The position numbers were made by a program, and so were the translations under genes. A model generated the notes under the pieces. The model searched no databases, was not told the origin of the DNA, and was given only the letters and a program-made list of their open reading frames with translations. DNA of 63,828 nucleotides, the filler included, from Sphacelaria rigidula (taxonomy: Eukaryota): the NCBI GenBank assembly GCA_964200075.2. It is 3 parts of 3 records of this genome, joined end to end, with 100 filler letters (N's around TTAATTAATTAA, not from the genome) between each part and the next. Parts side by side here need not be neighbours in the genome. Positions count along the whole stretch, not along the records: positions 42,645 to 63,828 come from CAXNAA020000456.1; 2 more parts are not named here. One strand, given 5' to 3'. The first letter of the stretch is position 1. Every line of letters begins with the position of its first letter. Of this stretch, positions 46,101 through 61,100 are shown piece by piece.

Positions 46101-49100
46101 TTTTCAAGTTTCGTTTCGCTTCAATTCATGATGTTCCACTCCAATTCATCATGTTCTGGTTCGGCCCATATTTCCTTTCGCTTTCATTTTTTGTTATTCC
46201 GATTCGTCGCAATTCTTCACGTTTCGTTTCGGTTCAACTCATGGTCTTCCGGTTCGGCCCATGTTTCCCCTCGCTCTCATTGTATGTTGTTCCTGTTCGC
46301 TGCAATTTCTGACCTTGAATTCCAGCCCATGCTTCGTTTCGCTGTGATATCATGTTTCCATTCGCTGAAATTTTTCACGTTTCGTTTCGCTTCAATTCAT
46401 GATATTCCGGTTCGGCCCATGTTTCCTTTGGCTTTAATTTCATCTTGTTTCGATTCGCCGCAATTTTTCACATTTCGGTTCGCTTCAATTCATGGTGTTC
46501 TGGTTGGGCCCATGTTTCCTTTCGCTTCATTTTCATGTTTCGGTTTGCTGTAATTTTTCACGTTTCGTTCCACTTCGATTCATGATGTTCCGGTTCAGCT
46601 TATGCTTCCTTTTGCTTGAATTTCATCTTGTTTCGATTCGCTGCAATTTTTCACATTTCGGTTCGCTTTAATTCATGGTGTTCTGGTTGGGCCCATATTT
46701 CCTTTCGCTTAATTTTCATGTTTCGGCTTGCTGTAAATTTTCACGTTTCGTTCCACTTCGATTCATGATGTTCCGGTTCAGCTTATGCTTTCTTTTGCTT
46801 GAATTTCATCTTGTTTCGATTCGCTGCAGTTTTTCACGTTTCGTTTCGCTTCGATACATGATGTTCCGGTTCGGCCCATGTTTCCTTACACTTGAATCTT
46901 ATTTTTTTTCGATTCGTTGCAATTTTCCACGTTTCAGTCCGCTTCAGTTCGTGATGTTCCCGTTCGCCCCATGTTTCCTTCCGCTTTGATTTCATATTGT
47001 TTCGGGTTGCCGCAATTTGTCGTTTCGCTTCAATTCATGATGTTCCGCTTCGATTTCATGTTGTTTCGGGTTGCCGCAATTTTTCACGTTTTATTTCGCT
47101 TCAATTCATTATGTTCCGCTTCGATTTCATGTTGTTTCGATTCGCTGCAATTTTTCACGTTTTGTTTCGCTTGAATTCATGATGTTCCAGTTCGGCCCAT
47201 CTTTCCATTCGCTTGAAATTCATGTCGTTTCTGTTCGCTGCATTTTTTCACGATTCGTTTGGCTTCAGTGTGTGATGTTCTGGTTCGGCCTATGTTTCGT
47301 TTCGCTTTGATTCCATGATATTTCGATTCGCTGAAACTTTTTACTTTCGTTTCGCTTCAGTGTGTGATGTTCTGGTTCGGCCCATGTTTCGTTTCGCTAC
47401 AGTTTCATGTTATTTCGATTCCCTGCAACTTTTCACTTTCGTTTCGCTTCAGTGTGTGATGTTCTGGTTCGGCCTATGTTTCGTTTCGCTACAAGTTCAT
47501 GTTGTTTCGACTCGCTGCAATTTTTCACGTTTCGTTTAGCTTAAATTCTATGGTGTTTCGGTTCGCTTCAATTCATTATGTTCCCGTTCGCCCCATGTTT
47601 CGTTTCGCTAAAATTTTATGCTGCTTAGGTTCGCTGCAATTTTTCACGATTCGTTTTACTTCAACTCATGATGTTCCGGTTCAGTCCATGTTTCGTTTCG
47701 CTGCAATTTCTGACGTTTCGTTTCGCTTCAATTCATGTTTCGGTTCGCCCCATGTTTCCTTTCGCTCTAATTCCATGTTGTTTCGGGTGCCGCATTTTTT
47801 CACGTTTCGTTTCGATTCAATTCATGATATTCCGCTTAATTTCCTATTGTTTCGATTCGCTGCAATTTTTCACGTTTTGATTCGTTTCAACTCATGATGT
47901 TCCGGTTCGCCCCATGTTTCGTTTCGCTTCAATTCCATGTTGTTTCGATTCGGTTCGCCCCATGTTTCGTTTCGCGTCAAGTCCATGTTGTTTCGATCCG
48001 CTTCAATTTTGCACGTTCCGTTTGGCTTGAACTCATGATGTTCCCGTTCACCCCATGTTTTCTTCCGCTCTAATTCCATACTATTTCGGGTGCCGCATTT
48101 TTTTACGTTTCGTTTTGCTTCAATTCATGATGTTCCGCTTTAATTTCCATGTTGTTTCGAATCGCTGCAATTTTTCACGTTTCGTTTCGCTTGAACTCAT
48201 TATGTTCCCATTCGCCCCATGTTTGCGTCCGCTCTAATTCCATGTTGTTTCGGGTGGCGCATTTTCTCACGTTTCGTTTCGCTTCAATTCATGATGTTCC
48301 GCTCTAATTTCTTGTTGTTTCGATTCGCTGCAACTTTTTACGTCTCGATTCGCTTTAATTCATGATGTTCCTGTTTGGCCCATGATTTCTTTCGCTTGAA
48401 TTCTATATTGGTTCAATTCGCTTCAGTTCATGATGTTCAGGTTCGGCCCACGTTTCCTTTCGCTTCAATTCCATGTTGTTAAGATTCGCTGCAAATTTTC
48501 ACGTTTTGTTTAGCTTCAATATATGATGATCCCGTTCGCCCCCATGTTTCCTTTCGCTCTACTTCCATGTTGTTTCGAGTTGCCGCATTTTTTAACGTTT
48601 CGTTTTGCTTCAATCCATGATGTTACGCTTAAATTTGCTGTTATTCCGATTCGCTGATATTTTTCACGCTTCGCTCTCGCTTCATTTCATGATGTTCCGG
48701 TTCGGTCTATGTTTCGTTTCGCTTGAACTCCATGATGTTTCGATTCGCTACAACTTTTCACGTTTTGTTTCGCTTCAATTCCATGTTGTCACGATTCGCT
48801 GCAATTTGTCACGTTTTGTTTCGCTTCAATTCATCATGTTCCCGTTCGCCCCCATGTTTTCTTTCGCTAATTCCATGTTGTTTCGGGTTGCCGTATTTTT
48901 CAACGTTTCGTTTCGCTTCAATTTATGATGTTCCGCTTTAATTTGCTGTTGTTCCGATTCGCTGCAATTTTACACATTTCGTTTCGCTTCAGTTCATGAT
49001 GTTCTAGTTCGGCCCATGTTTTCTTTCGCTTCAATTCCATGTTGTTTCGATTCGCTGCAACTTTTCACGTTTCTTCTTCACTTGAACTCATGGTGTTCCG

Positions 49101-52100
49101 GTTCGGCCCATGTTTCGTTTCGCTTCATTTTCATGTTGTTACGATTCGCTGTAATTTTTTCACGTTTCGTTTCACTTCAATTCCATTTTGTTTCGATTCC
49201 CTGCAATTTGTTCACGTTTCGTTTCGCTTCAATTTCATGTTGTTCCGATTCGCTGCAATATTTCACGTTCTGTTTCGCTTCAATTCATGATATTCCCATT
49301 CGCCCCGTGTTTCGCTTCGCTTCCATTTCATGTTGTTTCGATTCGCTGCAATTTTGCAAGTTTCTTTTCACTTGAACTCATGATGTTCCGGTTCGGCCCA
49401 TGTTTCCTTCCGCTACAATTTCATGTTGTTCCGATTCGCTGCAATTTTTCACGTTTCGGTTCGCTTCAATTCATGATGTTCCGGTTCGGCCTATGTTTTG
49501 TTACGCTTCATTCCCATGTTCTTCCGATTCGCTGCAATTTGTTCACATTCGGTTAGCTTCAATTTCCTGTTTCGATTCGCTGCAATATTTCACGTTCCGT
49601 TTCGCTTCAATTCATGATGTTCCCATTCGCCCCGTGTTTCGTTTCGCTTCCATTTTATGTTGCTTCGGTTTCGCTGCAATTTTTCACGCTTCTTTTCACT
49701 CCAACTCATGATGTTCCGGTTCGGCCCATGTTTCTTTCCGCTACAATTTCATGTTCTTCCGATTCGCTGCAATTTGTTCACATTCGGTTAGCTTCAATTC
49801 CTGTTTCGATTCGCTGCAATATTTCACGTTCCGTTTCGCTTCAATTCATGATGTTCCCATTCGCCCCGTGTTTCGTTTCGCTTCCATTTTATGTTGCTTC
49901 AGGTTCGCTGCAATTTTTCACGTTTCTTCTCACTTGAACTCATGATGTTCCGGTTCGGCCCATGTTTCCTTCCGCTCCAATTTCATGTTGTTCCGATTCG
50001 CTGCAATTTTTCACGTTCTGTTTCGCTTCAATTCATGATGTTCCGGTTCGGCCTATGTTTTGTTACGCTTCATTCCCGCATTGTTCCGATTCGCTGCAAT
50101 TTTTTCACATTCGGTTAGCTTCAATTCATAAGTTCCCGTTCGCCCCATGTTTCCTTTCGCTTCAATTCCATGTTGCTTCGGTTTCGCTGCAATTTTTCAC
50201 GTCTCGTTTCGCTTCAATTCATGATATTCTGGTTCGGTCCATGTTTCATTTCGCTTTAATTATATGCTTGTTCCATTCGCTGCATTTTTTCTTACGTTTC
50301 GTTTCGCTTTAATTCATCATGTTCCGGTTCGGCCATGTTTCGTTTCAATTTCGTCTTGTCTCGATTCGATGCATTTTTTCACATTTCGTTTCGCTTCACT
50401 TCATGATGTTTCGGTTCGGTCCATGTTTCCTTTCGCTTTTATTTCATGTTGTTTTGATTCACTGGAATTTTTCACGTTTCGTTTCGCTTTAATTCATCAT
50501 GTTCCAGTTCGGTCCATGTTTCCCTTCGCTTTTATTTCATGTTGTTTCGAGTCGCTGCAATTTCTTCACGTTTCGTTTGCTCCAATGCATGATGTTCTGG
50601 TTCGGCCCATGTTTTATTTCGCTTTTATTTTCATGTTTTAACTTCCAATGTTTCGGTTCGCTCCTCATTCGACTTTCAATCTTAAGCGCTGTTTCGGTTA
50701 GCTCCAATTTTTCAGGTTACCTCGGTTAGCTCACATACATAGCTGTTACGGTCCGGCGTACTTTTTCGTTCGCTTCAACTTCTCATGTCTGGATCGGCCT
50801 GGTGCGGTGGATGAAAAGAACCCGAGCGTTTCCGCACTGGTGGTCGAGCTTCCTCGTCACCTCCCGCCCTCCCCCTCCGCACGCACTCTCGTACCTGAAG
50901 GGCGAATCATCCGGTCTGGCCCTATCCTCCAGCGTCAAAGACTGTAAGTGCACCGTCAGGAGCATGTCTGCCGTGCGTGTAGACAGGTCGACAGCCGTAC
51001 CCCGAATCTCCATCAAAAGACCGCTATCCTTGTGCACCTGCGACGCGGGAATCTCCTCCAGTTCGACTAGCAGCAACGAGACCGTTGGAAGCTGTACCTT
51101 GATCTGATTCAACGTCATCAAGAGACAAGGGTGGGATTTAGGGGGCAGGGAACAAAAGGGAAGCCGCGGTATCATCAGGCCGGGATCAGGCGAGATAAAA
51201 GACATGGAACACGTTGACAGGCTATAGAAGAAATCACGGGTCACGAGTGCACAATCGAATCAACCACATACGAATTCTCGAGCATGCTGTTCCCACGTTT
51301 TTCGCTGCACCATGCTCAAGCGCGTATAGATTAGTCTTCGATTGTTGGGTGACCAGGAGCAATCAGTGTTCTTGTTGATGTTTGTTTTACGAGAAGGGAG
51401 AGACGACGGGATTCAAGTGAATACTTTGACTTCAATATGCGGCTACTCGTGTTACTACCTTTCCTCCGAATGGCGGGGTTTTCTTCGACTGCTTGAATGT
51501 AAAATGGAAATCAGGTCACGTGAACATTCCCGTAAATAAACCTCGAGACGCATTCATGAATTCCACTCCATGGACTTTCTTCACACCTCGCGTAAATCAA
51601 GCTCTGACACGTTTCCATATCTCAATCCATGTACTTCCTTCACACAATCGCACAGTTGTAGATACATAAATCACAGCATGTCCACAATATATGTTTGGAA
51701 AAGAAAAGAAGCGATAGTAATAATCGCCGTGACAGTTTGTGGTCCGCCAGGACCAATTACCCGGCGTGGTGTTTCTCATTTCTTCATAAGTGCTCGTTCT
51801 CTTTCCATATTCCTGACCAGAGTGAGAGAGGTATTCAAATTTCACTTGTTTCTACGATGCACAGCGTTCGCGACATTCTGGCCACCTCTCCCTTCTCTTT
51901 CCGAGATGTGCCTTCCTCACCCCCCTGTCGAATACGAGAACAAGCATCTGGACTTCGCAACAGCTGGAGGGAAGAAAACCGCCAGTTTCTCGTTTCAACA
52001 CGCACCCCTAGCTTCCGTCGAAGCGCGAGCTTTGACGACCCCCTTCATTTCACCCCACGAACTCTTTTCCCATCCGAGAAGGCACAGTGCACCGCTGATT

Positions 52101-55100
52101 TCTTGCTCTCATACAATCCTGTCCATGACTCCATGGGCCCTCCCTCCTCACTTGCCACCATTTGCCACCAATGGCAAATGGGGAGGTATACTCATATGAT
52201 GTTGCATGCCGTACTCATGAGACGTCCATGGTCTGATACCACGACATGCAACATCATATGAGTATACCTCCCCATTTGCCACCACTTTTCCCAACCTCAA
52301 CTTCGATCAGCTTGCCTAGCTACTGACGAAACCCTGGCGGCATCCTCAACCCCACATACCAATATACTATCTGGTGGAAAGAAAAAAAACGCCCCGTGAA
52401 ACACCCATTGCCCTGCATTCCTCAGACCGTTTTTACCTCCATGAGAACTTTGCGATCGTCGACCTCGCGCTGAGAAGATTTTTCTAGCTCTTCGGTCACG
52501 TCACCCAATCCTTCGGGCGCAACCATGCCTCCTCCCATGAGCTGGACGCCACCGTCCGTTCCCGGTGTATTCGGAGCGGCTAGGCCTACGGGAGGGGGTC
52601 CGACATCTTCACTACCAGGGGCATTCAGGTCGGCCTGCACGGCAAAAGAAATAGACGAAATGTGCGTTGGGTAGTCTGTGGTTTAAAAAAAAAATGTGAG
52701 ACGTACTAAAGACAGAACAAGGAACGTGACATAAATATGGCATACCATAAGGTTGACAAATGAGAGAGTAAACTCCATGTGGGGACACATTACGTTGACA
52801 AAATATTGAAAGAACGGTGATCAATACACTATGCCCCCACGAGAGATCGGCTGCAGTACCGCGACAGTTGTGCTCGTGCTTTAGTTGTAGAGTCTGGATT
52901 TCGGGAATGTGCTATGGTGCGGAATATATAGGTACAGTCCGATGATTCTCAGGAGACAAAGTACCTCGTGGGGGCGAAACCCTGAAAAAATAGAAAAAAA
53001 AATAGAAGAGAAATACATACACGCACAGGAAGTTCTGGAAACGCCGAACGAAAATATGACAGCCGAAGAAGGCACGAACAGGTAAGAAACGTGTGGAATA
53101 CTACATTCATGTATTTTCAACAGAAAATCGGACACTTGCCAGAAACGAAATGACGCCGGAACGGAATCAAGACACATCAACGAATGAATACTGACCGAAA
53201 CAACTGCCCGAGTCGACGGATTACGCACAACGACTTCATCGCAAAAAAACACCGACAACGGCTCTTGTCACGTTACCTTGGTAACATAGTCCAGCACACT
53301 GAAAAGGCTTGTGATCTTGCCGGAGGAAATCACTCCGTTAATACCCGGAAGCACCTCCACACCCACCGCCATTCCTGGCTTGGACGCGTCCCCGCCCATG
53401 CTCACACCCGCCTGTGTCGACAAAGTAAACAAGTAACGATGGACATGTCTCAACTTCGGGAAAAGAAAAGGCGTATATTTATTTTTAAGGCCAATGCGTT
53501 GTAGAGTGGTGATCGGCGGCCACATGGATCATTCCGGAACATTTCTTTACAACACAAAGCTCCATTTTACAAGGATTTCAAGGTGGTTACCGAGCCAGCT
53601 CATGCTCATATCAGCCCCTGCCGGAAAACAACACGGCAGGTGTGCTGTGTCTTCCTTCCCAGGGTTTTTTGCTTCATCTGTTAGAGTAATTGTCACACAT
53701 TAATTGATATCCGAGCGACCCTCCCGTGGTCATGACTACGAACCAGGACCAGGGCTTCCCCCACCGTCGCACTAGCCTGGCAAGATGCCGCTTAACTTCA
53801 CAGAGTGGACGGGGCGTGCAGTCGACCTGGTATGGCCGTTCCTGTGCCAAGAGATATTTCGGTATTTTATATTACAGGAGGCGTTTAACTGTCTGAAATT
53901 GTACTTGAATACTTCATAGTATTTTATGTGTGTGTACGAGAAATGTCTTGAAGGACCATCTTTGGCAGTCACCTCAACGATTGTGAGCACTTTTGACACG
54001 AGTACGACAACAGGGATATGGTGTAGTCATAGCAAACGAAAATACTGCGACAGTGTACTTCGATCTAAGCTGGACACGGTTTACCCTCCTCGGTGGAAAC
54101 AACACATCAGCACTTCGCCGTATACCCAACCTATGGATGATCGACTATCTCACGCTGTCAGATCCATCACGACTCCAGACGTGCGCCATAAGATAGACGC
54201 AATCAAGATGATTGTTGGAGGAATCTTTAGCGAGTGAAAGCAGATATGCGGAGAGAATTGATCCTAGGATGTCTGGCAGAAGACAGCTATATGTGTGATA
54301 AGTACTGGACGTATCATTTTTGTATTTTCAGTGAAAACCGGAACCCGTACCTTTCACCTCGCACGAATATAGTGCAAAAGAAAAATGTGATGTCGGGATG
54401 AACCGTTGCGTACGTGGAGAATTTTCCTATCCATAGTACACGGATGGTGAATCATTTCAACGCAAAAGCAGCATGTATATCTTCAATAAGTTATACTTGC
54501 TTGGTGAATAACAGAACGAAACCAAACGACAGCAAGTGCAGAAACAGCGACTTGTTTCGACAAACTAAAAACAAAAGGTCGGAAAAAAAAGCTTCAATGC
54601 CCCCCCTCCCCACACACACACGAAAAACGAGGACTAATAAGAGGGTGCATAACATGTGTTGTCATCCCATTTATTCTGGACGCCGGTCTACAGCTTTCGG
54701 AATATGTCGGCGCATCAGCCGGGGTCACACAAGAGGAAGGCCAACACAGGAGTTTGTTCTTTTTCGTTTGTATTTATTCCCTACCTTCAATCTGCGGTGC
54801 TTGCCTTTATTTTTTATCGCGAGAGGGGTGAAGTGGTCCCTATCCCTCGTCGACCCTTGAGTCGAATTTTGTGTACCCACGAAATAGTCGCTCTGGACTG
54901 CTGGGCGAGAAAAAATTCAACATCGCTTCGAGATTTGAACCCACGACCCAAACGTCGGAAGGTTTCAAAGGTTCCCACCTGAGCCACCGGGGCGACCGGC
55001 TAAATGTAGCATGTACCTAAGCCACTCACTTACGGCATGAACAAGTACGAGAAGAAGCCTGATCGGTTTCTCTCCAGTTGTTTTTGTGCAAAACCGCGGC

Positions 55101-58100
55101 TAATCCTTCACTCTCAATCAACATAAAGACGCGTTGGCGCCACACTCAACACACATAAACGGCAAATGTTCAAGATGCCCCGCTTCTTTTCCGAAGACCC
55201 CAAGTACCCCATAAAAACTGTGGGCTTCGATATATCCGGTTTGCCCATGCAATCTGTGATCAAAACATACACGCTCAGTACCTTTACTTTGAAGGGTTCA
55301 ATGAGAGCATCCTTGGTGCCCTTCTGCAGCAGTGCCTTCCTCTTCGGCAACCTGAGGGTGATATCGCTTAGCTCCATGTCGTAGGACATCACCCCGTCGG
55401 CGGCATCTCCGACCGTGCCTCCCTTGATCACCGCATGACCTACAGGCATGAAACATTCAGATTCATGATGACATCTGTGACGCGACATATACTCTTCTCA
55501 CCATCAACTCATGTCCTAATGTACGTTGTACATCACCCCCACAAGCCACCGGTGAGACGCCCATGAGGCAGTGTGTAACGCATGGCTGTGTCTGGAAGTA
55601 GCGATACGAGAGAATGAAGCAACTCATTCGAGGCTGCCATCCAAATGCAAGAAAATCAGCACGCGCCAGGCCGGAAAATCTTGGCAAAATGCAGGTCACC
55701 CTTCATGCGACTCGCCAGACACATCATGGTGCTTAGCGCTTGGTGACTTTTTGTAAGCCTGGTCTGGCAAAAACCCGTCGTGCTCCGTCTCGGGATTGTG
55801 CAGATGCGAGGTCAATGGTATCATGACTACGGCAACAAAGATCATGATTGCACCCCCAAAAACCACCCCTGGTCAACTGTTGTATATGTGATCGTTCAAG
55901 ACAGAAGACGAGCTAATATGACTGCAGGCTGGTTCACGCTCATCAACCCCAAAAACACTCATACGCAAAACATCGCACGGTATTTTGCGCGATTTTGCTG
56001 TGGGGAATTACGCAACTTTCGAAGGTCAAGGTTTTTCGTTCCAAGGTTTACGGGGAAACTTGCATCCCACCGGACCCCCGAGAAACGGTAAAAAGTAAGG
56101 AGAACGAAAAAAAAATGTCCATCGAAAGTTGGGTAATGACCCAGAGCACACTTGTGCAAAGTTTGAGAGTCTAACTCCTGAAGATGACGTCAAGTTTTGC
56201 GCGTTTGTCCGATGACATGAGCTCGAAATGTACAAACTCTTTTACTCCTCGTTGTTAACATGAAAGCGTCTTTGGGTGAATTTACCGTGAAGGCGACAAA
56301 AAATGTATGAAGCTTTCGAGTTTCTCGATCAAACCTTGTACATATGTTCCTTGGACTACCCCGGGACACATCGTTTCATTTTTTCTTTTGAGACACGATG
56401 TACCGGCTTCCGGGGGTTCCCAGTGTGAACACCCCCCGGAAGGCGATAGAGAACGAGGAAACTTTGAAATATTGTCAAGCATACACATCTTCTGTTCGGA
56501 GCATCACTATCGTAAGTTGTTCTGTGATCGCACCGGGGTGCGATCGATTTTTAAATGTTTTCGAACTTGTTTTTTTCGCACAGGGATGCATTCTCACGAC
56601 CCCTGTGCGAACGCTCCGCCCCCTGTGCGAAAATCGAATTAAATCATTTGGTACTGCTTTTCCGTCGCACCCTCCTGTGCCATCTCAACAACATGTGCGA
56701 TATTGAGTAAATAATTTCGATGACACCAGGGTCTTTGAACGCACACCCTGTGCGATAACCCCGCCGTGTGCGATACTGCGTAAGCCTTCGCCGGTGTAAA
56801 GACACAATCTGCCAACAGTTCTGCCGTAGGAACAAGGTCTGAAGATGCCTGAGCAAGTACACACGGGCACACAGCCACAGCACGACAACATCTAGCGCAC
56901 TGCACGAGCCTACGGTAGTTGTCGTGGTACCGGTATACCTTCAAACGAAATGTCGAAGAGAGAGACGAGGTTGATTGCAAGAAATATCGTTCGGTGCCAG
57001 TACGCGTTTGCTTTTGGTGAAAGGTTTCGGCTTTGGTGGTTTTATCCAAGGTTCACGATGAGAACTGGAGTAAAAACAAATGAAAAAGAAAACCACTCCG
57101 TATGTTTTTTGTGTCTGCACTGCCACACCGCAGTGCGTAGTCCGGACAAGCCCCATGACGACCAGCGGAATAAAGACAAAAATCATGGCAACTCAGGCTG
57201 TCCGCCCCAAAGACCCATCCGCGCGCACGCGTCCTCAGGCCCGGAAGGTGGCTGAGACGCATTTCATCCTTGAGATCGCACCCCTGTGCGAAAACAACGC
57301 CCCCTGTGCGAAAAACCAATTAAATCATTTCATAGCGTGTTTTTGATCGCACAGGGGTGCGTTCTCACGACCCCTGTGCAAAATTCACGCCCTGTGCGAT
57401 CACAGAGCAACTTACGGGACCTTCGAAACCGCCAAGTTTGAGGGCAATCTAAGCTTCTCTACGATAGATATGAGGGAAACAGCAACGAAGCTCCCTGGGT
57501 CTTTCGTGCGTATCATCGGAAATTAGACGACGCCAAAATTCCACATCACCAAAACACCACGGTTTCGGGTATAATCCGACCCCGTAATAACCGTTTTCGA
57601 ATCTGTTATTCCCGTTAGATTCCCGAACTGATAGCGGTAACTACGATATGAAACATGTGGAGATTGGGTCAACATTGTGCTTGGAATTCGTTTTTTCGAT
57701 TTCAAAACAATTTGAAGGGCGCTGATTGGATGAGGTACATCTTCGCCCTTGGCGCCACCACTATGGCCTTCAACGCAAATCCGGCTATGTCACGCTCTTC
57801 AGCTGTCCATGGCGGTTGGTATGAAATTATGTATGCGATTATTGGGTAGGTTTTACTGAAGGCAAATGCTGATGACACAACTTTGGATGATATCGTGAAC
57901 CAGCCTGTACAGTAGTATCCAGTACTGTACCGCACCGTACCTAGTGTACTGGCAGGGAGCTTCGCGTGTCCTATGCAGCGCATGACCAAAACCTGCTTAA
58001 GGTGCGCGAATAGCTGTGCCCCGAAACGTCCCAGCCCTGCCTCGAGATAGCCAGAAAGCTCGGGTTGTGAACTGGACCAGTTAATACTGTCGTTCAAACT

Positions 58101-61100
58101 GGAACTGGCGACGAGGGCGCCGGCTGTCCCGTGTGTTTCAAGTTTGAGGTTACCGGCTGCACTGTATACCAATTCTAGTATACGGCAGTTCCTCGCTATT
58201 CCACGCCAGGTTTTGAGATTTGGGGTTTTATACAATGGGGAATTCGGTAAGAGTCCAAACCTTGGCAGACGGCGCATAACAGCATATGAACAAAAAGTTA
58301 GGAACTCGGATTCCGACGGGGGTGCATGCTAGCGCAGGGGACGGTAAAAAAGCCGCCCCCAACCGTGAATTTGATGTTGACATCCACCGTTCAAGCCTGT
58401 ATCACGCGAGTGGCAATACGCTTGGATGGCGTGCAAGTTTTTCCGGGATACTTGAACCATGTTTCCTTACCCGAACACTGCAGGTACTCATGACCCCCCC
58501 AATTAACTGCAATCCCGGTGGTATCTAACGTTTCGGCCTGTTACACACGAATGGCGATGCACACACGAACACGTCAATAGAACGTGTAAACAAAGTATTC
58601 GCCCCCTCCCGCCAATTTCTTCTCCACCAGGAAATGAAATCGCCCTATCCCTCTCCAAACACGATGGGGATGTTATTTACTGTTTTCGCTAGTTACATGG
58701 GCATCTAGACACGAATGGCGATGCCCCCGAACACGTACGGGCATTGTTAGAACGTTCTCACCACATTTTACTCCTCACCACCTTTTTCTCCCCCGATTCC
58801 GTTTTCCGGGGACGAAATCAACGCATCCCCTTTGTGAACAATCTCAGCGGAAATGGCGGTTTTATCCGACGTTTGAGGCATTTGTGGCGGGACAACAATG
58901 AATACAACAAAGGGGGGATGGCGTCCGCGCTCGCGGCTTCGCCGCTCGCTGTCGATACTTTGCCAGTAATTAACTGACCGCTTGCGCGGCCAGCTTAAAC
59001 GTAACAGACTAGAGCCGCCAGTTCACAGCCCTACAGAGTAGTAGTACTGCATGTGATCAAGAAGATTGGAGCACTACGATAGCAACAGCCGACCATTAAC
59101 ACCACTGCAGTGCATGAGTATCATACGTATTATGGAGTACAACGCGATACAGACGTATACTACAGCGACTGATTGCAAACGGCGAGAGCGGTCTCTCACA
59201 GACCAATTTCATAAGTCATGCAGATGCTGCCCCATTACGGATGTACTTATGCAAACAGGCGTGTTATGTGTCGCGGGAATTTTGACCCAAGGAGTTGATG
59301 TCTGCATGTTTCCATCTGAGCGACTTCGCATTGAAAGAGCATACAAAATCTTTCCAAGTCGGGAGCGGCCAACAAGCTGCCCAGGGTAAGCTTTACACTT
59401 CGCCGCAATTCAATCGTATGTAGGCTCCAGTGTTGAGTCTATATTTCGTGCGAATGATCCTGCATGCCAACATCGGTGTATTTTCTTCGCTTCCCGCATA
59501 GCCAATCAGTCAAACTAAGGCGTACGTACAAGCCAACTGGAGGGTCCTCGACGAGAAGAACAGAATGTCATGCTCAAGGTTCAGTCCCTCAGAGAGTTAA
59601 GGGCAAGCTCTCGGTATCACAGCACAACCCTCGGCTATAAATCCACAGAAAAATCACAGAGCAGTATCACAACAGCATCATTCACAATATCACATGCGAG
59701 GCAAATCGCATCAACAAGGCGGGTGCTAACAAGAAAGGGTGTATATACATGTATGTATATCAAACTCCAACATCTCCTACAGGTGAGCTAACAGCGAGCT
59801 CCAAGGTATGGACCTCACCCCACCCACCTACTGTAGACATCGAAGTCTCCTAAAATCACAAACGCAGTTTTCGCAATATCGAAGATCTTACCCGTGTCGA
59901 GCAGGAGGAACCCCTTGTCTATGGAAGATGACACGGGCACAATGATCTTGGGGGCAGCGGCGTCCACGGCAACAGAGATCGCGAGCGCTCCCAGCTCCTG
60001 AGTGCAAAGAACATTCCAAACCATCACACCCATTCAGCAAAGGTAGAGGGCAGATAGAGCAAGACAAGAAATGAACGCAAGGGACACGATTATATTCCAT
60101 CACGCTTACGACCTCGAAGCGCAACGTGTGCGTGGTGTTTATTCATTGATAGCTGTCCAGAAAAAAAAAAAGGATCCGTTACAAAAATGCATCCGTGCAC
60201 CAAACTAACGAAATATGCACGATAAAAGAGCAGAAAAAATCGCTACAGGAAAATCGAGAAGAATTGGCGAACATGAGAGAAAAGGAAACACGAGGAGTCA
60301 ACCGCAAACCAAAACCCCAAGAAGACGACGACGACGACGACGACCGAAAGAAAAAGCGAAACAGCAAAAACGATGATTCGAAGCCACCTTTGTGTTGCTG
60401 ACTGCCAATGAGCTAAACAACGAAATCGCACTGCAACTATTCTTTCATCGCACGGGCGAAAAATTCATTGGTGGGGGGTGGTGGTGGGGGGGTATTCATG
60501 ATCATGCATCCTATAGCCATATGACCGTTGATCTCGCATCCCTACAAAGCCGGGAGGGAGCACGCGGGGGGTTCCCGGACCAGGCTCGCAGTCAATCACC
60601 AAGCACGAAGCGCCGTGGTCTATTCGGCGAGTCGCATGAAGCGTGAGCTGCATTCTGCTAAGATTGTTCGGCCCGAAGCGTACTGATTATCTTACATTTG
60701 AATGACAGCCTCCAATGAGTTTGCTTCGTTTTGTGGTATCGCCACTTCCGGAGACAGTCACGGCTTATGCACTGCCTCATGGATGTCTCACCATTCAAAC
60801 ACCACGAAATACGATCATCCACTTTGCGCAGAATCGAGGTTCTCCGACCTCGCACGATATCATCTACCTCGACCACCATCATTGCTACGGCAAAAAAAAA
60901 AAAAAACGGGTATCCTGGTTGCCTAGCTTACGGAGTGATAGCCGTGTTTTACAGCGTCAACACCAACCGACGCCAACTCCATAGGGGCTTCATGGGGTGT
61001 GATAAACACGATATCCTTTGTTATGCCAACAAAACTGCTACGCGATGGAGAGCCAGTTGAACTGAAGCACAGAATCAAGACTGTGCAACGTGGAGGGTGA

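Noticed and set aside
45305-50780. Many Phe-rich ORFs, or a CRISPR-like array
   Set aside because: These are by-products of a T-rich satellite inside an intron, with no unique spacers.
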